Assembly (NCBI GenBank): GCA_026914245.1
Contig: CP110439.1
Coordinates: forward strand, 3,472,001 to 3,536,000
Direction: 5' to 3'
Length of the DNA stretch: 64,000 bases
Origin: Puccinia triticina
Lineage: Eukaryota
The first letter of the stretch is position 1. Every line of letters begins with the position of its first letter. This document shows positions 62,309 to 64,000 of this stretch, piece after piece. Below the pieces are notes generated by a model. It was not told the DNA's origin. It did not search any database and saw only the letters and a list, made by a program, of their open reading frames with translations. The position numbers and the translations under genes were made by a program.

Positions 62309-64000
62309 TGTTGAGGTGAAAAACCTTAAGTTGAATTACTCCTTCACGCCCGCCTCTTGACTACACCATACTCCAAATGTGGAGTTTGTCCACCGCACAC
62401 TACTACACCCCCCCTCAAACTCCACACCTCTAAGTACAAACTGAAAGAAATTGAGGAAACAAAACAATGAAAAAGAACTCAATCAAAACAACAGAATTAA
62501 AAGAAACTGAAGAAATTGGAAAGAGGACAATTGAGAAGTTAGGGGGATTTTTTCAGAAAGGTAGAGAAACAATACGGAATCGGAGAGAGACAAAAAGATA
62601 ACAAAAAATTTAAACATAAATTCTTGACATGGATGTTGCATGGAGGTTCGCCCTGAGAGATTTGGTGAAGAAGTCCGCCCAATTTTCCGTAGTCAATACC
62701 CAGTTCAAGCCAATGTTGTGTTCCCGGACCGCATCATTTACAAAGAAGAAATTTCGTTCCAAGCTCTTCATGCGTCCCTTGGAAGCATTGTCGTCCGATA
62801 TGAGAACAGCCGCCCGATTGTCGCAATTGATCTTGAGTTTTGGGTTGACTTCGAGCGATCGAAGAATGGGTATCAGGAATAGCAAGAAATCTACAGAACA
62901 TCCGAGGGATATGAATTCCGCTGCGCACGTGGAAGTCGCCACGACTTTCTGACGACGGGATCCCCATGCCACCGGGCTGCCGAACAACGTGATGATGAAG
63001 CCGGACGTCGATCGCTGAAATTCTCCCCCCCAATTCGCATCCACCCAATTGACCAGTTCGTCGCCAGTCGGTCGTAGACGGAGCTGTTTCGATTTGGTGG
63101 TGTTGATATATTGTACTAAGTGAGACAGAGAATTCCAATGTGAATCGTTCGGGTTTGAACTAAATCGAGCCAAGTAATTCACCGCAAAGCTGATATCCGG
63201 CCTGGTCCCCAATGCGAGGTAATTAATTGAACCTATGAGCGACTGATACAAGGTTGCTGAGACTGGTTCCCCCCAAGATGTCGAGAGACTTTCGCCGGGA
63301 AGTGGAGTGTGGACTGGAACCAGGTTTGGGTTCACTTCATCTTGATATTTCTTGACTAGCTGTTCAATCAGAAGATGCTGGCTGAGTAAAATCAAATCTT
63401 CTTCGTACTCCAAACGTATGCCGACCAACTTGTCGGGTTCAGCATCCCATTTTACCCTCAGGCTCATCTCCATCTTCTCATGAAACAGATTGATATCCCC
63501 TTGATGATTTCCGAAAACAATCCCATCGTCAACGTGTATCCACACGATTATGACCGAATTTCCTTTCTTGTACCGATACAGGCATTCTTCTACTTCGTCA
63601 CACTCGAATCCCCATTTGTGTAAGAGGCCCTTGAAGTGTTTCCACCAGCACCTGCTGGCTTGGCGGGTTCCGTACAGTGCCTTTTTCAGACGAAGCACTT
63701 TTCCTGCTAAGTGAGGAAACAGGTCCACCGGGGGATCGGCGTAAATTGTTTCGTCAATGGGGCTGTGGACAAACGCCCCGGTTATGTCAAAGGAGTTGAT
63801 TTTCCACTTGTTCTTGATGGCGAGGGTCAAGAGGACCCGGAGCGTCGAGAGTGATGCCGTAGGTGCAAACGTCGACCTTACGTCCTTGCCTAAGCGTTGT
63901 TTGAAACCCCTCACAACGAATCTCGCATTGAGCTTGTTGATTGAACCGTTGGTATTCCTTTTGATGTCAAATACGAATCGTGTGCCTATTGAGTGCTTGT
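62309..64000 (-). mobile_element. 3' end of a second Ty1/Copia inserted in the gag start of the first
   Basis: RT/RH ORF ending 62610; purine tract GAGGGGGGG followed by a candidate 99-bp LTR 62407-62309 (TG...CA); first Copia gag frame resumes at 62308. Confidence 0.85.
62610..64000 (-). CDS. Copia RT and RNase H, partial (runs off the right edge)
   Basis: ARFVVRGF, FDITGAF, ALYGTRQA, HVDD, VDANWGG, WADFFTK. Confidence 0.92.
   Translation of the reverse strand, partial: KHSIGTRFVFDIKRNTNGSINKLNARFVVRGFKQRLGKDVRSTFAPTASLSTLRVLLTLAIKNKWKINSFDITGAFVHSPIDETIYADPPVDLFPHLAGKVLRLKKALYGTRQASRCWWKHFKGLLHKWGFECDEVEECLYRYKKGNSVIIVWIHVDDGIVFGNHQGDINLFHEKMEMSLRVKWDAEPDKLVGIRLEYEEDLILLSQHLLIEQLVKKYQDEVNPNLVPVHTPLPGESLSTSWGEPVSATLYQSLIGSINYLALGTRPDISFAVNYLARFSSNPNDSHWNSLSHLVQYINTTKSKQLRLRPTGDELVNWVDANWGGEFQRSTSGFIITLFGSPVAWGSRRQKVVATSTCAAEFISLGCSVDFLLFLIPILRSLEVNPKLKINCDNRAAVLISDDNASKGRMKSLERNFFFVNDAVREHNIGLNWVLTTENWADFFTKSLRANLHATSMSRIYV

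Noticed and set aside
62354..62368. TGGTGTAGTC as PBS of the first Copia
   Set aside because: It falls inside the candidate 3' LTR of the second Copia and is not adjacent to a matching LTR

Overview
Eukaryotic, intron-containing, transposon-dense fungal DNA, most likely a rust fungus (Pucciniales; inferred from gene and TE style, not from a database search). Two intact host genes are recognisable: a C2-domain phosphatidylserine decarboxylase (PSD2-like, 19058-22117, minus, 7 exons including a 13-nt microexon) and farnesyl diphosphate synthase (ERG20-like, 37909-39627, plus, 7 exons). Most of the rest is nested mobile DNA: two chromovirus-type Ty3/Gypsy elements with Tf1-style self-priming sites, and a Ty1/Copia element interrupted by a solo LTR (itself carrying a MITE), a three-LTR tandem Ty3/Gypsy dimer and a second Copia. 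There are also three solo LTRs in total and several non-autonomous DNA transposons. The most unusual object is the tandem Ty3/Gypsy (44018-59696). Each unit carries four homologous 107-122 nt intron-like cassettes (GTAAGT, conserved core, bulged-A hairpin, polypyrimidine, CAG). Its primer-binding site is a 50-nt copy of mature spliced tRNA-Tyr. It also belongs to a group of LTR insertions with 4-bp target duplications centred on CpG. All coordinates were read by eye.
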